DNA of 64,000 nt from positions 96,001 to 160,000 of IMG/VR virus record IMGVR_UViG_3300032257_000479. One strand, given 5' to 3'. A program made the position numbers and the translations under genes. This stretch comes from a virus. Under the pieces are notes generated by a model. The model was not told the DNA's origin and searched no databases. It was given only the letters and a program-made list of their open reading frames with translations. Below, in pieces: positions 18,433 through 28,925 of this stretch. The number at the start of each line of letters is the position of its first letter. The stretch's first letter is position 1.

Positions 18433-20435
18433 CTGTAAATAACCTCTCGAAAAATTCTATACGGGAAATTTGTCAACTGATCCTTCTGTCTTAATCTAAA
18501 GTAATAATACTTACCTCTACTAAGTTGCTCTCCATCTCTGCTTTCATATTTTATTCTCAATCCCGCGAAATTGGATGTTACCCCATTTGAACTCATTGCT
18601 TCAAAATTGTTTTTCGATTTCTCAAAAAACCAATTTTGATCATCGTTAAAAGTATCAAAACTGTATATTATTTCATTAAAGTCTTGATCAGCGGATACAT
18701 CTAACTCAAAATGATAAAAAGCAAATGTTCCCTGCTCATGCTCTAAATCAAATGTAAATTCCCATGTTCCTTCTTCATACAAAAACTCTTCAGATATTGT
18801 TTCTTTTACATCCTCATTAATAATAGCGTCTACCGTTATTTCAGGTATTACAGTATTCGTTCTCTCTAAATAGTCATTTATTCTTGGATAGAATGAGCTA
18901 TAGTTTGTTTGGTTTCTTATTACAGCTAAGTTGAACATAGCGTTAGCCAAGTTAACATAATCATTTTTCCAATCTGGTTCTTCAAATATTTTTCCGAGAC
19001 GATTAAAGACAACAGCCAAATCAAGAGAGACATCAGGATCATCGCCTGAAACGATTAAGTCTCTTGCCTGTTTTAGTATCACGTTTTTTCTGAAAATATT
19101 AATGCAAGATTTCGCAAAACACTCATTTATATTTGACCAAGCCTGGTCTTGAGGAATTAGTTCCCTTCCATCAAAAACTAAAGGGAAAACAAATCTGCTT
19201 AATGGGTCCCCAAAACAAGAAATTGGAGTATTCAATCTAGGCTGAGAGAACATAAAAGCTTCCCCCATCGTTGCCCCTCTGAATAGTGCCTGAAAAAACG
19301 GTTCTGGTCTAATGAAGTTTTCTACGCCAGGGTCTGACATCGATCCTGCTGTTGCAATATAACCTTGTCTTATTGCTAACACAGGCCATGCTCTTGAATC
19401 TATATCTCGAATACTGCTCGCTCCATCAAAATCAGCATTGTAGAAAAATCCCCTAATGTTTGCTGATGAATCAAAAAAGCTTAATGATCCTCTGTCTGCT
19501 CCCCATCCCCAAAAGAATGAATCATTCTGAACTTTTGATATCAAAGCATCTTTATACGGATCAACTCGAACTGTTTCTTTTACATTTAAACCGACATCGT
19601 TGAGCAGGCCATTTCTAAATTCAAGCAACTCTGATTCATAATCAATAGCCTGACTTCCTTGGTAAGCGGAATACGCATCAAAGAAAAAGTCCCCGTTTAT
19701 TAATAGCTGACTATTTGCTAGTTCAATATTATCAAACCATGTGCTTGTTATTGACGCTAATGGAGAATCTATTCTAGTGACTATGAAAGAAAAATCTGAA
19801 TCAGCTCTATCAAACCTTTTGAATACTTTTCTGTCATAAAGAGGATTCTCTAAATATTTTTCGTCTGAATCAAATGTAAAAAACATTCTAGATAATCTTG
19901 ATGTAGAAGATATGACATCATCACCATCATCAAAACCGCCAGGAACTTTTGGCATTAAGACAATCGCATAAATTGTTCTATCTAACAATACAGAAGACGA
20001 TGAGCTAATGGCTTCAATTATAGGGTTCTCTACTTCAGTCTCAAATTCAGAATAACTATCGAGTATCTCCCTGGCTGAACATGGAATTGGAACTAACTGA
20101 TCATCAGATAAACTGTGCATTGACTTATATCTATTTGCAGCATCTTCTGATTCGCTGTCTGCGTCTCTATATACAACTATGACATTCTGCGGCCCAATAG
20201 AGCCAATGTTAACAGTTGTATCAGATGACTGATACGTTATAGATATAGGGTCTGATGGATCAGATTCGTTTCCTCCAACATCAACACTTGTTATCTGATA
20301 GAAATAAGTGTTGCCTGGAACGGCGGTAGTATCTTCAAATGCTGTCGTTTCAGATGACGACAAAAAGACATACGTTCCGCCAAATGAATCGGATCGATAT
20401 ACATTATAATGAGAAAAATCTGATGGGCCTGCCAT
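18429..20435 (-). CDS. Fn3 domain + TIGR03790-like protein
   Basis: N-terminal YNVYRS...F.D...PG.TY.Y.ITSVD..GNES.PS (Fn3). NVIVVY...S..AA..Y, NP.Y, VTRID, G.T.GEAF..S, GDPL match TIGR03790. Confidence 0.75.
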   Translation of the reverse strand: MAGPSDFSHYNVYRSDSFGGTYVFLSSSETTAFEDTTAVPGNTYFYQITSVDVGGNESDPSDPISITYQSSDTTVNIGSIGPQNVIVVYRDADSESEDAANRYKSMHSLSDDQLVPIPCSAREILDSYSEFETEVENPIIEAISSSSSVLLDRTIYAIVLMPKVPGGFDDGDDVISSTSRLSRMFFTFDSDEKYLENPLYDRKVFKRFDRADSDFSFIVTRIDSPLASITSTWFDNIELANSQLLINGDFFFDAYSAYQGSQAIDYESELLEFRNGLLNDVGLNVKETVRVDPYKDALISKVQNDSFFWGWGADRGSLSFFDSSANIRGFFYNADFDGASSIRDIDSRAWPVLAIRQGYIATAGSMSDPGVENFIRPEPFFQALFRGATMGEAFMFSQPRLNTPISCFGDPLSRFVFPLVFDGRELIPQDQAWSNINECFAKSCINIFRKNVILKQARDLIVSGDDPDVSLDLAVVFNRLGKIFEEPDWKNDYVNLANAMFNLAVIRNQTNYSSFYPRINDYLERTNTVIPEITVDAIINEDVKETISEEFLYEEGTWEFTFDLEHEQGTFAFYHFELDVSADQDFNEIIYSFDTFNDDQNWFFEKSKNNFEAMSSNGVTSNFAGLRIKYESRDGEQLSRGKYYYFRLRQKDQLTNFPYRIFREVIYR

Positions 20436-20485
20436 TTATACCAACGTTTGTAATTATACTATTAAGATAATAGAATATACATCAG

Positions 20486-20493
20486 TAATCGGC
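20486..20493 (-). promoter_or_regulatory. sigma28-like -10 element GCCGATTA heading the structural operon
   Basis: 7/8 match to the FliA consensus GCCGATAA, in the gap upstream of 20435. Confidence 0.6.
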
Positions 20494-20518
20494 AAAAATC
20501 CTTGATTAACTGCAGATA

Positions 20519-20974
20519 TTATGAACCTGTTGAACCAAAGCCTCCGTCGCCTCGTTCTGAGTTAGTCAATTTATCTACTTCAATAAAATTAGCTCTTATC
20601 GTTTTCCGAACAACCAACTGAGCGATTCTATCGCCTTTTGAATATGCCACTGGATGAGCCATAGCCGGAGAAGCTGACTTGAATCTTACTACAACCTCTC
20701 CCCTGTATCCTTCATCTACTAATCCAATACTATTCGCTAAAAACACGTTAGTTTTTGTTACGCTTGATCTTGGAAACAATTCTGTGTGGTATCCTTCGTC
20801 AGGCTGTATTGCTATGCCAGTTCTATATTGAATATATAAAACATTGCCAAACTCATCCTTTTTAACTGTCCCATCATCAATTGCAACCATATCCCATCCT
20901 GCATCCGTTCCGGTTGCTCTAACAGGTATGACTGCATTTTCGTGCAATTTTAAAACTCTTACATTCATGCTCAT
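20519..20974 (-). CDS. dut: Trimeric dUTPase
   Basis: DAGWD, PRSS, GLVDEGYRGE, RIAQLV, RGDGGFGSTG. Confidence 0.97.
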   Translation of the reverse strand: MSMNVRVLKLHENAVIPVRATGTDAGWDMVAIDDGTVKKDEFGNVLYIQYRTGIAIQPDEGYHTELFPRSSVTKTNVFLANSIGLVDEGYRGEVVVRFKSASPAMAHPVAYSKGDRIAQLVVRKTIRANFIEVDKLTNSERGDGGFGSTGS

Positions 20975-20989
20975 TTTACTACTTCTTTC

Positions 20990-23500
20990 TTAGTTACAAA
21001 AACTTGTTCCATCTTCGAGGCATTTTACGCAACCCTCTGAGAATACATAAGTCTTCTCGTCATCGCCAAATCCTGTTGCCTCTGCCCCATCAACAATAAA
21101 TTTCTTTAAAACTCTTGCTACAACTTTTCCGAATCCCATCATATCTCCAGGAACGCTTTGCAATGACAATACTGCATACTTAACATCAACGCCATGCCTC
21201 AACGAAAGAGAAAGCAATCGAGTTATAGATGCTTCTTCGTCTGTTATGTGCTCGCCAAGGTTCTCAACTATATCACCATTATCCATATGAGCCCTATAGT
21301 GGCCTCTTTTTACCTTTTCGACAACGCAGTCTTTTGTTGAACCTGCTATAAATCCGTTGTGACCGGCAAAAACTTCATACGGAATATCATCCAGTATTCC
21401 AACTATAACAAAATAAGGTTGTCCCTTATAGCTTGTGTGGAACACTTTTGCATCCATTTTCTTTTCTCTTTTAGGTGCATCATGAAGTCTTGTCTCTTGC
21501 TTCTTCTCTGTGTCCTTTTTAACAAGAACACCTGTTCTTGACCCATCACGATATACCGTAATGCCTTTACATCCGCTCTTCCATGCTGTAAGATAAATAT
21601 CCTTAACATCATCAATAGTGGCTTCATTTGGTATATTAACAGTGCTTGAAATGGAGTGATCCACATGCTGTTGCGCTGTTGCTTGTATTTTAACTCTCTT
21701 TTTCCAATCCAAATCTGGAGCGCACGAACCCTGCCATGGAGATTTCTCTATATCTGTTTCTCCGGTAATGTCCATCCATGTTTTTAATTTAGGCTTTATT
21801 ACATCAAAGTGCATCCAGTGGTCTCCGCTGTCATCAATGGAGTCTGTTCTAAAGTCTTTGTCGCTTGGGTTCCCCTTTACCTTTCTTACATATGGGATAA
21901 TAGAATACTCTGGCTCGATTCCGCCAGACGTTTGAGTCATCATTGATACAGTTCCGGTTGGAGCAGTTGTTAATAACGCAATGTTTCTTCTTCCATATTT
22001 TTTCATATCTCTATATAGAGATGGATCTTCCTCTTTTATTCTGAGAAGGTATGGATTCTTCTTTTCTAGATCATAATCCCAAATTTCAAAGGCCCCAAGC
22101 TCTTTAGCCATATCAACTGAAGACCTATATGCATTCAACTTAAGGGTTTTATATATATTGTCTGTCATGTTTATGCCTTTTGTTGAATCATACTTGATTC
22201 CGCAAGCAGCAATAGCATCACCAATGCCCGTTATACCTGTCCCTGTCCTTCTTCCTCTTTCGCATGTTCTGTGTATCTTTTTCCAAAGCTCTATTTCAAC
22301 AGACTTTGTCTCAGAGTCTTCTGGATCTGATTTGATTTTACTTAAAATGCCATTTATCATCTCAAGCTCAAGGTCAATCATGTCATCCATTAGTCTTTGA
22401 GTTATTTGAGCATGCTTACCATATAGTTCGTAATCAAAATAGGATTTCTTCTCAAATGGGTTTATAACATATGAATATAGGTTTTGAACCATTAATCGAC
22501 ATGAATCATATGCGCTAAGAGGAACTTCTCCACAAGGGTTGCTGGATATTGTTTTATAACCAAGATGGCTATAGCAGTCTGCTGGAGATTCTGATATGAT
22601 ATTGTCCCAAAAGAAAATACCGGGTTCCGCTACTTTCCATGCATTTTCGCAAATAGCATCCCAAACACTTCTTGCTGAAAGGGTGTCCTTCATTATTGGT
22701 TCTTTTGAATCTACCGGGAATCTTATTTCGTAATCAGCATTATTATCAACAGCAGATAAGAATTCATCTGTAAGCTTGGTTGAAATGTTAGCTCCAGTAA
22801 GTTGAGTTAAATCATTCTTTACTGTAATGAACTCCATAATGTCTGGATGATGAACGCTTGTTGACTCCATCAAAGCTCCACGGCGACCCTCTTGACCAAT
22901 TTCTCTTGTGGTTCTTGAAAATCTTTCCGCGAAAGAAATTGATCCTGTTGAGGTTTTTGCTGCATTATGAGTTGGAGTATGCTTTGGTCTAAGAGATTCA
23001 ATGCTAACTCCACATCCGCCCCTTCTTTTGAATATCTGAGCAAGCTCCTGATCAGACTTCATTATGCCAGAAATACTATCGCTAGGAGAATCAATAACAA
23101 AACAGTTTGATAAAGTTATATATGTATAAGGGTTTCCAATTCCATACATAGGGCTTCCTTGAGGAACAATGTACTTGAATTGATCAAAGAGATTGAAGAT
23201 TTTCTCATATGACATTGGTTCTTTGAACTTCTTCCGTTCGATACGGAAAAACTCAAACGCCATTCTGTGGTGCATTGCTTCTGGGGTACTTTCAGTGTAC
23301 ATACCGCTTGGCTTGCACAACGCATATTTATCAGCAAAACCCTTCGCAGCGAGATCGTCACCATCGAAGTATTCTAGCGATGCTGCTCGAACTTCATTAT
23401 ATGTATACTCTGGTTGTGTATCATAAAAATCTCGGAGTGCTGAAAAATATTTCTCTCCTGTCAACTTTGCCATCTTCATTGGAAACTTTGGTACTAACAA
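20990..23500 (-). CDS. nrdJ: Class II (adenosylcobalamin) ribonucleotide reductase
   Basis: SNCFV, RRGGCG, GRRGALM, NPCGE, R.TG.GITG, APTGT, DHSISSTVN, KGITVYRDGSR, C-terminal TSCPD-like domain. No beta-subunit gene nearby. Confidence 0.93.
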   Translation of the reverse strand: MLVPKFPMKMAKLTGEKYFSALRDFYDTQPEYTYNEVRAASLEYFDGDDLAAKGFADKYALCKPSGMYTESTPEAMHHRMAFEFFRIERKKFKEPMSYEKIFNLFDQFKYIVPQGSPMYGIGNPYTYITLSNCFVIDSPSDSISGIMKSDQELAQIFKRRGGCGVSIESLRPKHTPTHNAAKTSTGSISFAERFSRTTREIGQEGRRGALMESTSVHHPDIMEFITVKNDLTQLTGANISTKLTDEFLSAVDNNADYEIRFPVDSKEPIMKDTLSARSVWDAICENAWKVAEPGIFFWDNIISESPADCYSHLGYKTISSNPCGEVPLSAYDSCRLMVQNLYSYVINPFEKKSYFDYELYGKHAQITQRLMDDMIDLELEMINGILSKIKSDPEDSETKSVEIELWKKIHRTCERGRRTGTGITGIGDAIAACGIKYDSTKGINMTDNIYKTLKLNAYRSSVDMAKELGAFEIWDYDLEKKNPYLLRIKEEDPSLYRDMKKYGRRNIALLTTAPTGTVSMMTQTSGGIEPEYSIIPYVRKVKGNPSDKDFRTDSIDDSGDHWMHFDVIKPKLKTWMDITGETDIEKSPWQGSCAPDLDWKKRVKIQATAQQHVDHSISSTVNIPNEATIDDVKDIYLTAWKSGCKGITVYRDGSRTGVLVKKDTEKKQETRLHDAPKREKKMDAKVFHTSYKGQPYFVIVGILDDIPYEVFAGHNGFIAGSTKDCVVEKVKRGHYRAHMDNGDIVENLGEHITDEEASITRLLSLSLRHGVDVKYAVLSLQSVPGDMMGFGKVVARVLKKFIVDGAEATGFGDDEKTYVFSEGCVKCLEDGTSFCN

Positions 23501-23522
23501 TCTTCTCTCCTGGTTCTTTCGT

Positions 23523-23551
23523 AAAAATTACCGCCTCATTAAGACGGTAAT
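23523..23551 (-). terminator. Stem-loop with U-tract upstream of nrdJ (terminator or attenuator)
   Basis: ATTACCGTCTT-AAT-GAGGCGGTAAT followed by TTTT on the minus strand. Confidence 0.55.
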
Positions 23552-23780
23552 GGCATATCGGTTAAAACGATATTTTTCTTGTTTCAAATTTTAAAAAATT
23601 ACTTGTCAAACATATCTCGTTAATCTTATTTTTAGCAAATCTCATTCTTCATTCATCCCCAAATAAGTCAACGTAGAAATAAATATTCGACCATCTGCAT
23701 TTTAAACCTTCTCTTGTTCACTGATCATTTTTGACATCTGTTAATTTTTTGAAATCTTCAAGAAATGAGAAGGAGTAAAC

Positions 23781-25169
23781 TTATAGCAAAGCATCATCGT
23801 CATCCGCTATTTTTTGGGCAAAACCAAAAGATTCTCCCTTATCTGACTTTGATTTTGTCTCAATATATGATGACATATTTTTATTTTTTACTTCTTCCCA
23901 AGCATCTTTAAAATGACTTTCTTTTAAGATCAAGGTTTTCTCGTCCTTTGAAAAGGACTTATCTCTAACTGCATAAATCGCAGATGTTTTACAGAACTCT
24001 TTTACATGAGCGCCGGAAAGGTCTTTTAGCGTATTTGTTACTTTCGATAGATTTACCCCAGATATATCCCATTTTTTACAGAAAGATATAATCATGTTCT
24101 TTATCTCTTCTTTTTCTGGGTACCCAATTTCTATGAGTCTATCGAATCTTCCTGGTCTATTGCTTACAGCGTCCTCTAAATCATCTTTTTTGTTTGTTGT
24201 GCCAATAGTTATAATATCTCCAAATGCTTCAATGCCATCCATCTGGTTCATTAATTCCATGACAAAACCAGCCCTGCCAGCCTCTCTATCCATTGCTATC
24301 CAGTCCATGTCCTCAATTATTAAAATGCATGGAGCCAAATCTTTTGCAATATTAGTGACCGCTCTTACTCCTGCTGTTCCTTTTTGAAAATCTGTAGGCA
24401 AAGCATATAGAACAGAGCATTCCGCTTCATCAGCTAAAGCTCTGCATATTTGAGTCTTTCCGGTTCCTGGATCTCCGTAAAGAATTATCCCTCTCTGTAT
24501 TGTTATTCCAAACTTTTTCAATGTTTCTGAATTATTGAAAATGTCATTAACTGACTCTTTTATTATCTTCTTTTTATCATCTGATATAATAACATCATCC
24601 CACGTTGTTTTACTAAGATCAAGAATTCTACAGCCAACATCTATTTTTTGGCCTTTATAAAAATTCTTCTCGTCTGCCATTTTTGTCCATTTGGCAAACA
24701 TTCCACTATTTTCTTCCTTGTTGCATTGTATTTCATAATGCATACCGCCTGAATTCCAGTTCTCAGTTATAGTAACAATAACTCTATCTCTTTTTGCGTC
24801 TTTGCAACCTGTTTTTTCAAAGTAGATTACCGCATCTTCGTACCCTTGAAAAGTTTCATCTTTAGCTTTTTGTATTTCTTGTTTTTTTGGAGGTCTGGAG
24901 TATAGTTGTCCATAACTAACCTCTCTTACTAATTTATATTTTTCGCCTTTAAAAAAATCACTCATCACCCATTGAAGTTTGTTGTGCTGGTAATCACTAA
25001 TAGCTCCGCAATTATTGCGAAAATAGGTTTCTCTGCTAAAGAACTCTCTCGCCTCATTTTCACTCAAGGAATTCATTTCCACAGTTTTCATTGCATAAGT
25101 GAATTGATCTAAGTTTGATTCCTGAAGAGATATCTTGCTTAGGTCATAGCTATTATTTTCTGAACTCAT
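23781..25169 (-). CDS. Classical AAA+ ATPase
   Basis: GIILYGDPGTGKT, IIEDMD, TTN, RPGRFDR. Confidence 0.92.
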   Translation of the reverse strand: MSSENNSYDLSKISLQESNLDQFTYAMKTVEMNSLSENEAREFFSRETYFRNNCGAISDYQHNKLQWVMSDFFKGEKYKLVREVSYGQLYSRPPKKQEIQKAKDETFQGYEDAVIYFEKTGCKDAKRDRVIVTITENWNSGGMHYEIQCNKEENSGMFAKWTKMADEKNFYKGQKIDVGCRILDLSKTTWDDVIISDDKKKIIKESVNDIFNNSETLKKFGITIQRGIILYGDPGTGKTQICRALADEAECSVLYALPTDFQKGTAGVRAVTNIAKDLAPCILIIEDMDWIAMDREAGRAGFVMELMNQMDGIEAFGDIITIGTTNKKDDLEDAVSNRPGRFDRLIEIGYPEKEEIKNMIISFCKKWDISGVNLSKVTNTLKDLSGAHVKEFCKTSAIYAVRDKSFSKDEKTLILKESHFKDAWEEVKNKNMSSYIETKSKSDKGESFGFAQKIADDDDALL

Positions 25170-25190
25170 AAATATGTTTCTTTCCGAGAA

Positions 25191-26336
25191 TTATATGTTC
25201 TCTTTTTCTTCTTTTATCTTACTTGTATATGCTTCGAATATATGAGAAGTGTATTCTGAAAGGTGTCCATTATCGCCATGTTGCGATCTTATATGATCTA
25301 TCGTATCACAATGAATAAAGTCTAAAGGAATACACGCCCCTCCTGAACCCTTTCTTCCACCCACACCTTTCTTTCCGAAAACTTTTGTCATAAACTCTTT
25401 TGTGTTAATAGCTAACAATCCACTTCTAAATGAAGCAACAAGTTTTTTCTCTGTCTTCAAACCTTCGTCAACAATAGCCATAACTACTGATGTTTCGATT
25501 GATTCAATTTCCAGTATTTCTTCACATATTTCTGCAACAAGAGATCTTTGTTGAGGTGTAATTATTCCAACATGAGCAACCGCTAAAGTGCTTGTTGTTT
25601 GTATTTGCTTGTAAGCCCTTTTTCTCAAGTCCAACAATGCAGAAGGCTTTGGGTAGTTGAATATTTTCAAATATCTCTCTAGGTCTATTTTTTCTTTAAG
25701 CCACCCGTAAGATGAATGATCATTCTCTGTGGTTCCCTCCGCCTTCAAGTCTGACGTGTCTGTATTTATCCCAAGATAAAGAGCTGTTGCCAATATTCTT
25801 CCAACCTTAATATCTAACTGGCTTATCATTTCACAAAGAATGGTTGAACACGCTCCATAAGGTCTTCTTAGGTAAGTGCTTGAAGCCTTTACATTTGAAT
25901 CGTGATGATCTATAACCAGGTCTGGCTCTTTATCTTTTTCAACAAAATGCTTTATGCTTGTGCAATTCTCTTTCTTAAAATTAGAAGTATCAACAACAAT
26001 AATAAAGCTTTGCTCTATTGCTTCTATTATTGATTCTCTTGACTCTTCTTCATCATCTTTATCTAATTTGTTTAAAGAAATATCAAGAACATTGATCATG
26101 ATTCTGTTTTGAGTATGACCAATCTCTCCTCCATAGTATATTGTTGCTGTCTTATCAAAGCTTTCAACAATATATTTAATAGCCATCGCGCTAGCTAAAC
26201 AATCAGGGTCTGGCTGGTCGTGGCATATAATTGATACAGAATCTTTTTCCGTATTTTTTATTAAGTCTATATATTTTGAATAATCAAATTCTTTTGATTC
26301 TGTTTTAGTTGACTCTTGAGTCATATCTTTCTCCAA
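25191..26336 (-). CDS. DHH/DHHA1 phosphoesterase
   Basis: H..PDPDC, VVDTS, IDHH, GINTDT, SFRS, GG..GSGGA. Confidence 0.9.
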   Translation of the reverse strand: MEKDMTQESTKTESKEFDYSKYIDLIKNTEKDSVSIICHDQPDPDCLASAMAIKYIVESFDKTATIYYGGEIGHTQNRIMINVLDISLNKLDKDDEEESRESIIEAIEQSFIIVVDTSNFKKENCTSIKHFVEKDKEPDLVIDHHDSNVKASSTYLRRPYGACSTILCEMISQLDIKVGRILATALYLGINTDTSDLKAEGTTENDHSSYGWLKEKIDLERYLKIFNYPKPSALLDLRKRAYKQIQTTSTLAVAHVGIITPQQRSLVAEICEEILEIESIETSVVMAIVDEGLKTEKKLVASFRSGLLAINTKEFMTKVFGKKGVGGRKGSGGACIPLDFIHCDTIDHIRSQHGDNGHLSEYTSHIFEAYTSKIKEEKENI

Positions 26337-26410
26337 ACGGCAGCTTCTACTATATATGATTTTCGTCTTTCAAGCACTGGTGCTTAAACCTTGACACTCA
26401 ATATAATTAA

Positions 26411-27094
26411 CTACATTCGTTGTGATTCAGTATCCATCAAACTAGCAACCCGCTGTATCCTAGTTCTTTTACTTATATTTAATTCTTGAACAACGCCCTC
26501 TAGACCTCTTCTTTCCCATAATTCTGAATCAGAACACGAAATGATATCTATTGGACATTCTTTCTTAATAAACTTATACGCTTTCTTGAAATTTGCTAAT
26601 GTATGAGACTTATGTTCTAGATTGTCTCCATAGAAATCTGTTGTTTCTCCATATTGGCCATCCATTCCAAGGAGAACTAAGCACCCAGCGCCCATAGATA
26701 CGGCCAGTTGAGCAGCAAGAGCCCCTGTGCAGCCATGACCCCTAAGTCTGTTGGGAGTCACATCGAAGCTATACGCTCCCCTGTCGAGCTTAAATGAATT
26801 AAACTCGCTGTTGTCGTTAACCATATCTCTACACACTTTTATTGATGCCGATTTTCTTATATCTTCGATCCCATCATCCTTATACATTCCCCTATCCTGC
26901 CACATCAGTATCGTTGGATCAATGAGCTTGAAACATCTATTCATGCCTATAGTAAAACAGCCTTCTATTAATCCTAAATTTTGATCAATCAGTGATGGAG
27001 CATTTCCTATTAAAAAAGCAGGCTCTCCATTGAGAATATTTTTCCACTTCCTTAAATTATACTTTATTTCACTCATGACAACTTGCTTACCCAA
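26411..27094 (-). CDS. DUF115/MAF/MptE-like glycosyltransferase-related protein, paralog 1
   Basis: AFLIGNAPSL, TIGMNR, A.QLA..MG...LVLLGMD. Confidence 0.75.
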   Translation of the reverse strand: MGKQVVMSEIKYNLRKWKNILNGEPAFLIGNAPSLIDQNLGLIEGCFTIGMNRCFKLIDPTILMWQDRGMYKDDGIEDIRKSASIKVCRDMVNDNSEFNSFKLDRGAYSFDVTPNRLRGHGCTGALAAQLAVSMGAGCLVLLGMDGQYGETTDFYGDNLEHKSHTLANFKKAYKFIKKECPIDIISCSDSELWERRGLEGVVQELNISKRTRIQRVASLMDTESQRM

Positions 27095-27765
27095 TAAGCC
27101 CTATTGTAACAATGATTAGAACCAAGACTTTCAATTACTTTATTTAAGGGAGCATATTCAAATAAATCATTATCTTTTGAACAATTTATTATCTCTCTAT
27201 CATCCATGTTGTCAAAAGTTTCTTTTATCCATTCTAGTCCACCCCTACAATTATGTAAAGTATGAGCTTTATGGTGTCTGTTTCTTCCATAGAAATCTGT
27301 GTTTTGACCTCTCTTCTTTCCATCCATACCAAGCATTACAATTGGATTGCATCCCAAAATATAAGCCAGTTGAACAGCAAGAGGTCCAGTTGTGCCTGAT
27401 CCAAATAAGTGACCTGGATGCAAAGGTAGATCAAAGGCTCCTGTCTGTAATTTGTAATGAAAGAACCTGTTTTGTGGATCAGCAGTATTCCTGCAGACCT
27501 TTAAGGCGTTTGTCTTCATTATTCGCTTTCTTTCCGTGTACCACAATTCAATGTCTTGCCAAAAAAGAACCGTTGTATCCATTTTATAAAAAGCCCTATT
27601 GATCCCTATCGTAAAATAGGGGTTCAATAGGTCAAGATTTTCGTCTTCAAGCGCGGAAGAGTTCCCCAATATAAAAGCTGGCACACCCTCTAGTTTATTG
27701 TGCCATGATTTTATGCTTGTTTTATTCTTTACCGCAGAATATCTTATTTTTCTTTTTATAGCCAT
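27073..27765 (-). CDS. DUF115/MAF/MptE-like glycosyltransferase-related protein, paralog 2
   Basis: AFILGNSSAL, TIGINR, AVQLAYILGC.PIVMLGMD, INCS. Confidence 0.75.
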   Translation of the reverse strand: MAIKRKIRYSAVKNKTSIKSWHNKLEGVPAFILGNSSALEDENLDLLNPYFTIGINRAFYKMDTTVLFWQDIELWYTERKRIMKTNALKVCRNTADPQNRFFHYKLQTGAFDLPLHPGHLFGSGTTGPLAVQLAYILGCNPIVMLGMDGKKRGQNTDFYGRNRHHKAHTLHNCRGGLEWIKETFDNMDDREIINCSKDNDLFEYAPLNKVIESLGSNHCYNRAYWVSKLS

Positions 27766-27775
27766 TTAAAACAAT

Positions 27776-28402
27776 TCAGCCATTGGTCCAGTAATCCTCT
27801 GGACTCCATGCTTCTTTTCCTTTCAGGAATTTGTTCCAAGACTTAGGGTAATCGCTAGTCATAGCTATTCTTGAAAATTTAGAATAGACAGGGCTCCACT
27901 TCGGTTCAACTGGAACAGACAGCAGTTTGACTCCTGATTCAGAAGGAGTTCTGTCTGCTTTTTTTGAATTAACAGCGACTTCGCATATAACAACATTCTC
28001 CCAGTTATGAAGCCCGCCTCTAGACCTAGGAAAAACATGGTCTATAGTAGAGTTTTTTATGGACAACTTTTTTCCTGAATATTGACATCTAAAATTATCT
28101 CTAATTAAAAGATTTCTTCTATTCAACTTCACCTTCTTGTTCTTGAAATGAAAATGAGATTTCAAAACAAGTATTTCGGGAATGATCATATCGTTTCCAT
28201 TTGATACATGAATTGACCCCTCTCCCTCTTTGGGGTTCATAGATAACCATGATTCAAAATTATGAAGTCCGTAGTCTTTTGTATTTAAAAAGTAAGCATG
28301 TCCAGAACAAACTTTAACAATAGCCTTTTTGACAGAAAGAGCTGTTGTTGGGTTCCATTGACTATTCAGGACTAATACTGGTTTTGTTAGATTGCTCGTC
28401 AT
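27776..28402 (-). CDS. HNH endonuclease (McrA-like)
   Basis: VLVLN, RRN...RD.FRCQY, TIDHVFPRSRGG...WENVV...N.KK.DRTP. Confidence 0.9.
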   Translation of the reverse strand: MTSNLTKPVLVLNSQWNPTTALSVKKAIVKVCSGHAYFLNTKDYGLHNFESWLSMNPKEGEGSIHVSNGNDMIIPEILVLKSHFHFKNKKVKLNRRNLLIRDNFRCQYSGKKLSIKNSTIDHVFPRSRGGLHNWENVVICEVAVNSKKADRTPSESGVKLLSVPVEPKWSPVYSKFSRIAMTSDYPKSWNKFLKGKEAWSPEDYWTNG

Positions 28403-28925
28403 TTACTTTCTCTCTTTTTGCTTCAAGTGCTTCATGAAAAAGATTAATAAAATGTTCATTAATATCAACTACTGTTATTTTTATTTTAGGGGAATATTCC
28501 AACAAACATGTTGCCATTCTTTGAGCGACCTGTTTATTGTCCAACTGCCCTATCCCTGTTCCTAGCCCAGGAAATGCTATCGATTCTACGCCTTCGCTGA
28601 TGGCTTTATTGCAAGCAGATTTTATGGCTTTAAGTATATCATCTATGGAAGATTGAGTGCCCGGATACTTCATTGTTACAGCATGGTAAACACTTTGTAT
28701 CCCAAGATTCTTCATCATTCCTGATTCTGTCGTATATACACTGCCTGCTTCAAATGGACCGCTCAATTGAGCATACATTCTTACTTCCTTTTGAAACTTT
28801 TCTCCGCCTGATCTCGCAATTGCTCCTGCAACACCAGCTCCCATGACACCTATCCCATTAGCTGCGTTAACTATCACTTCAACATCTCTTAGTTTCGTTA
28901 TATCTCCAACAAGCGTGCGAATCAT
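28362..28925 (-). CDS. Macro domain protein (ADP-ribose binding/hydrolase)
   Basis: GDIT, IVNAAN..G.MG.GVAGAI, YHAV, SIAFPGLGTGIG. Confidence 0.93.
   Translation of the reverse strand: MIRTLVGDITKLRDVEVIVNAANGIGVMGAGVAGAIARSGGEKFQKEVRMYAQLSGPFEAGSVYTTESGMMKNLGIQSVYHAVTMKYPGTQSSIDDILKAIKSACNKAISEGVESIAFPGLGTGIGQLDNKQVAQRMATCLLEYSPKIKITVVDINEHFINLFHEALEAKREKVNDEQSNKTSISPE

Noticed and set aside
1-20435. Major capsid protein or prohead protease call
   Set aside because: No ORF shows recognisable HK97-fold or protease motifs; they probably lie outside the window.
15503-23500. Inteins or introns in terL or nrdJ
   Set aside because: Lengths are normal and motifs contiguous; no splice-junction motifs.
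23500-23780. Cobalamin riboswitch upstream of nrdJ
   Set aside because: AT-rich gap without a B12-box; only one hairpin.
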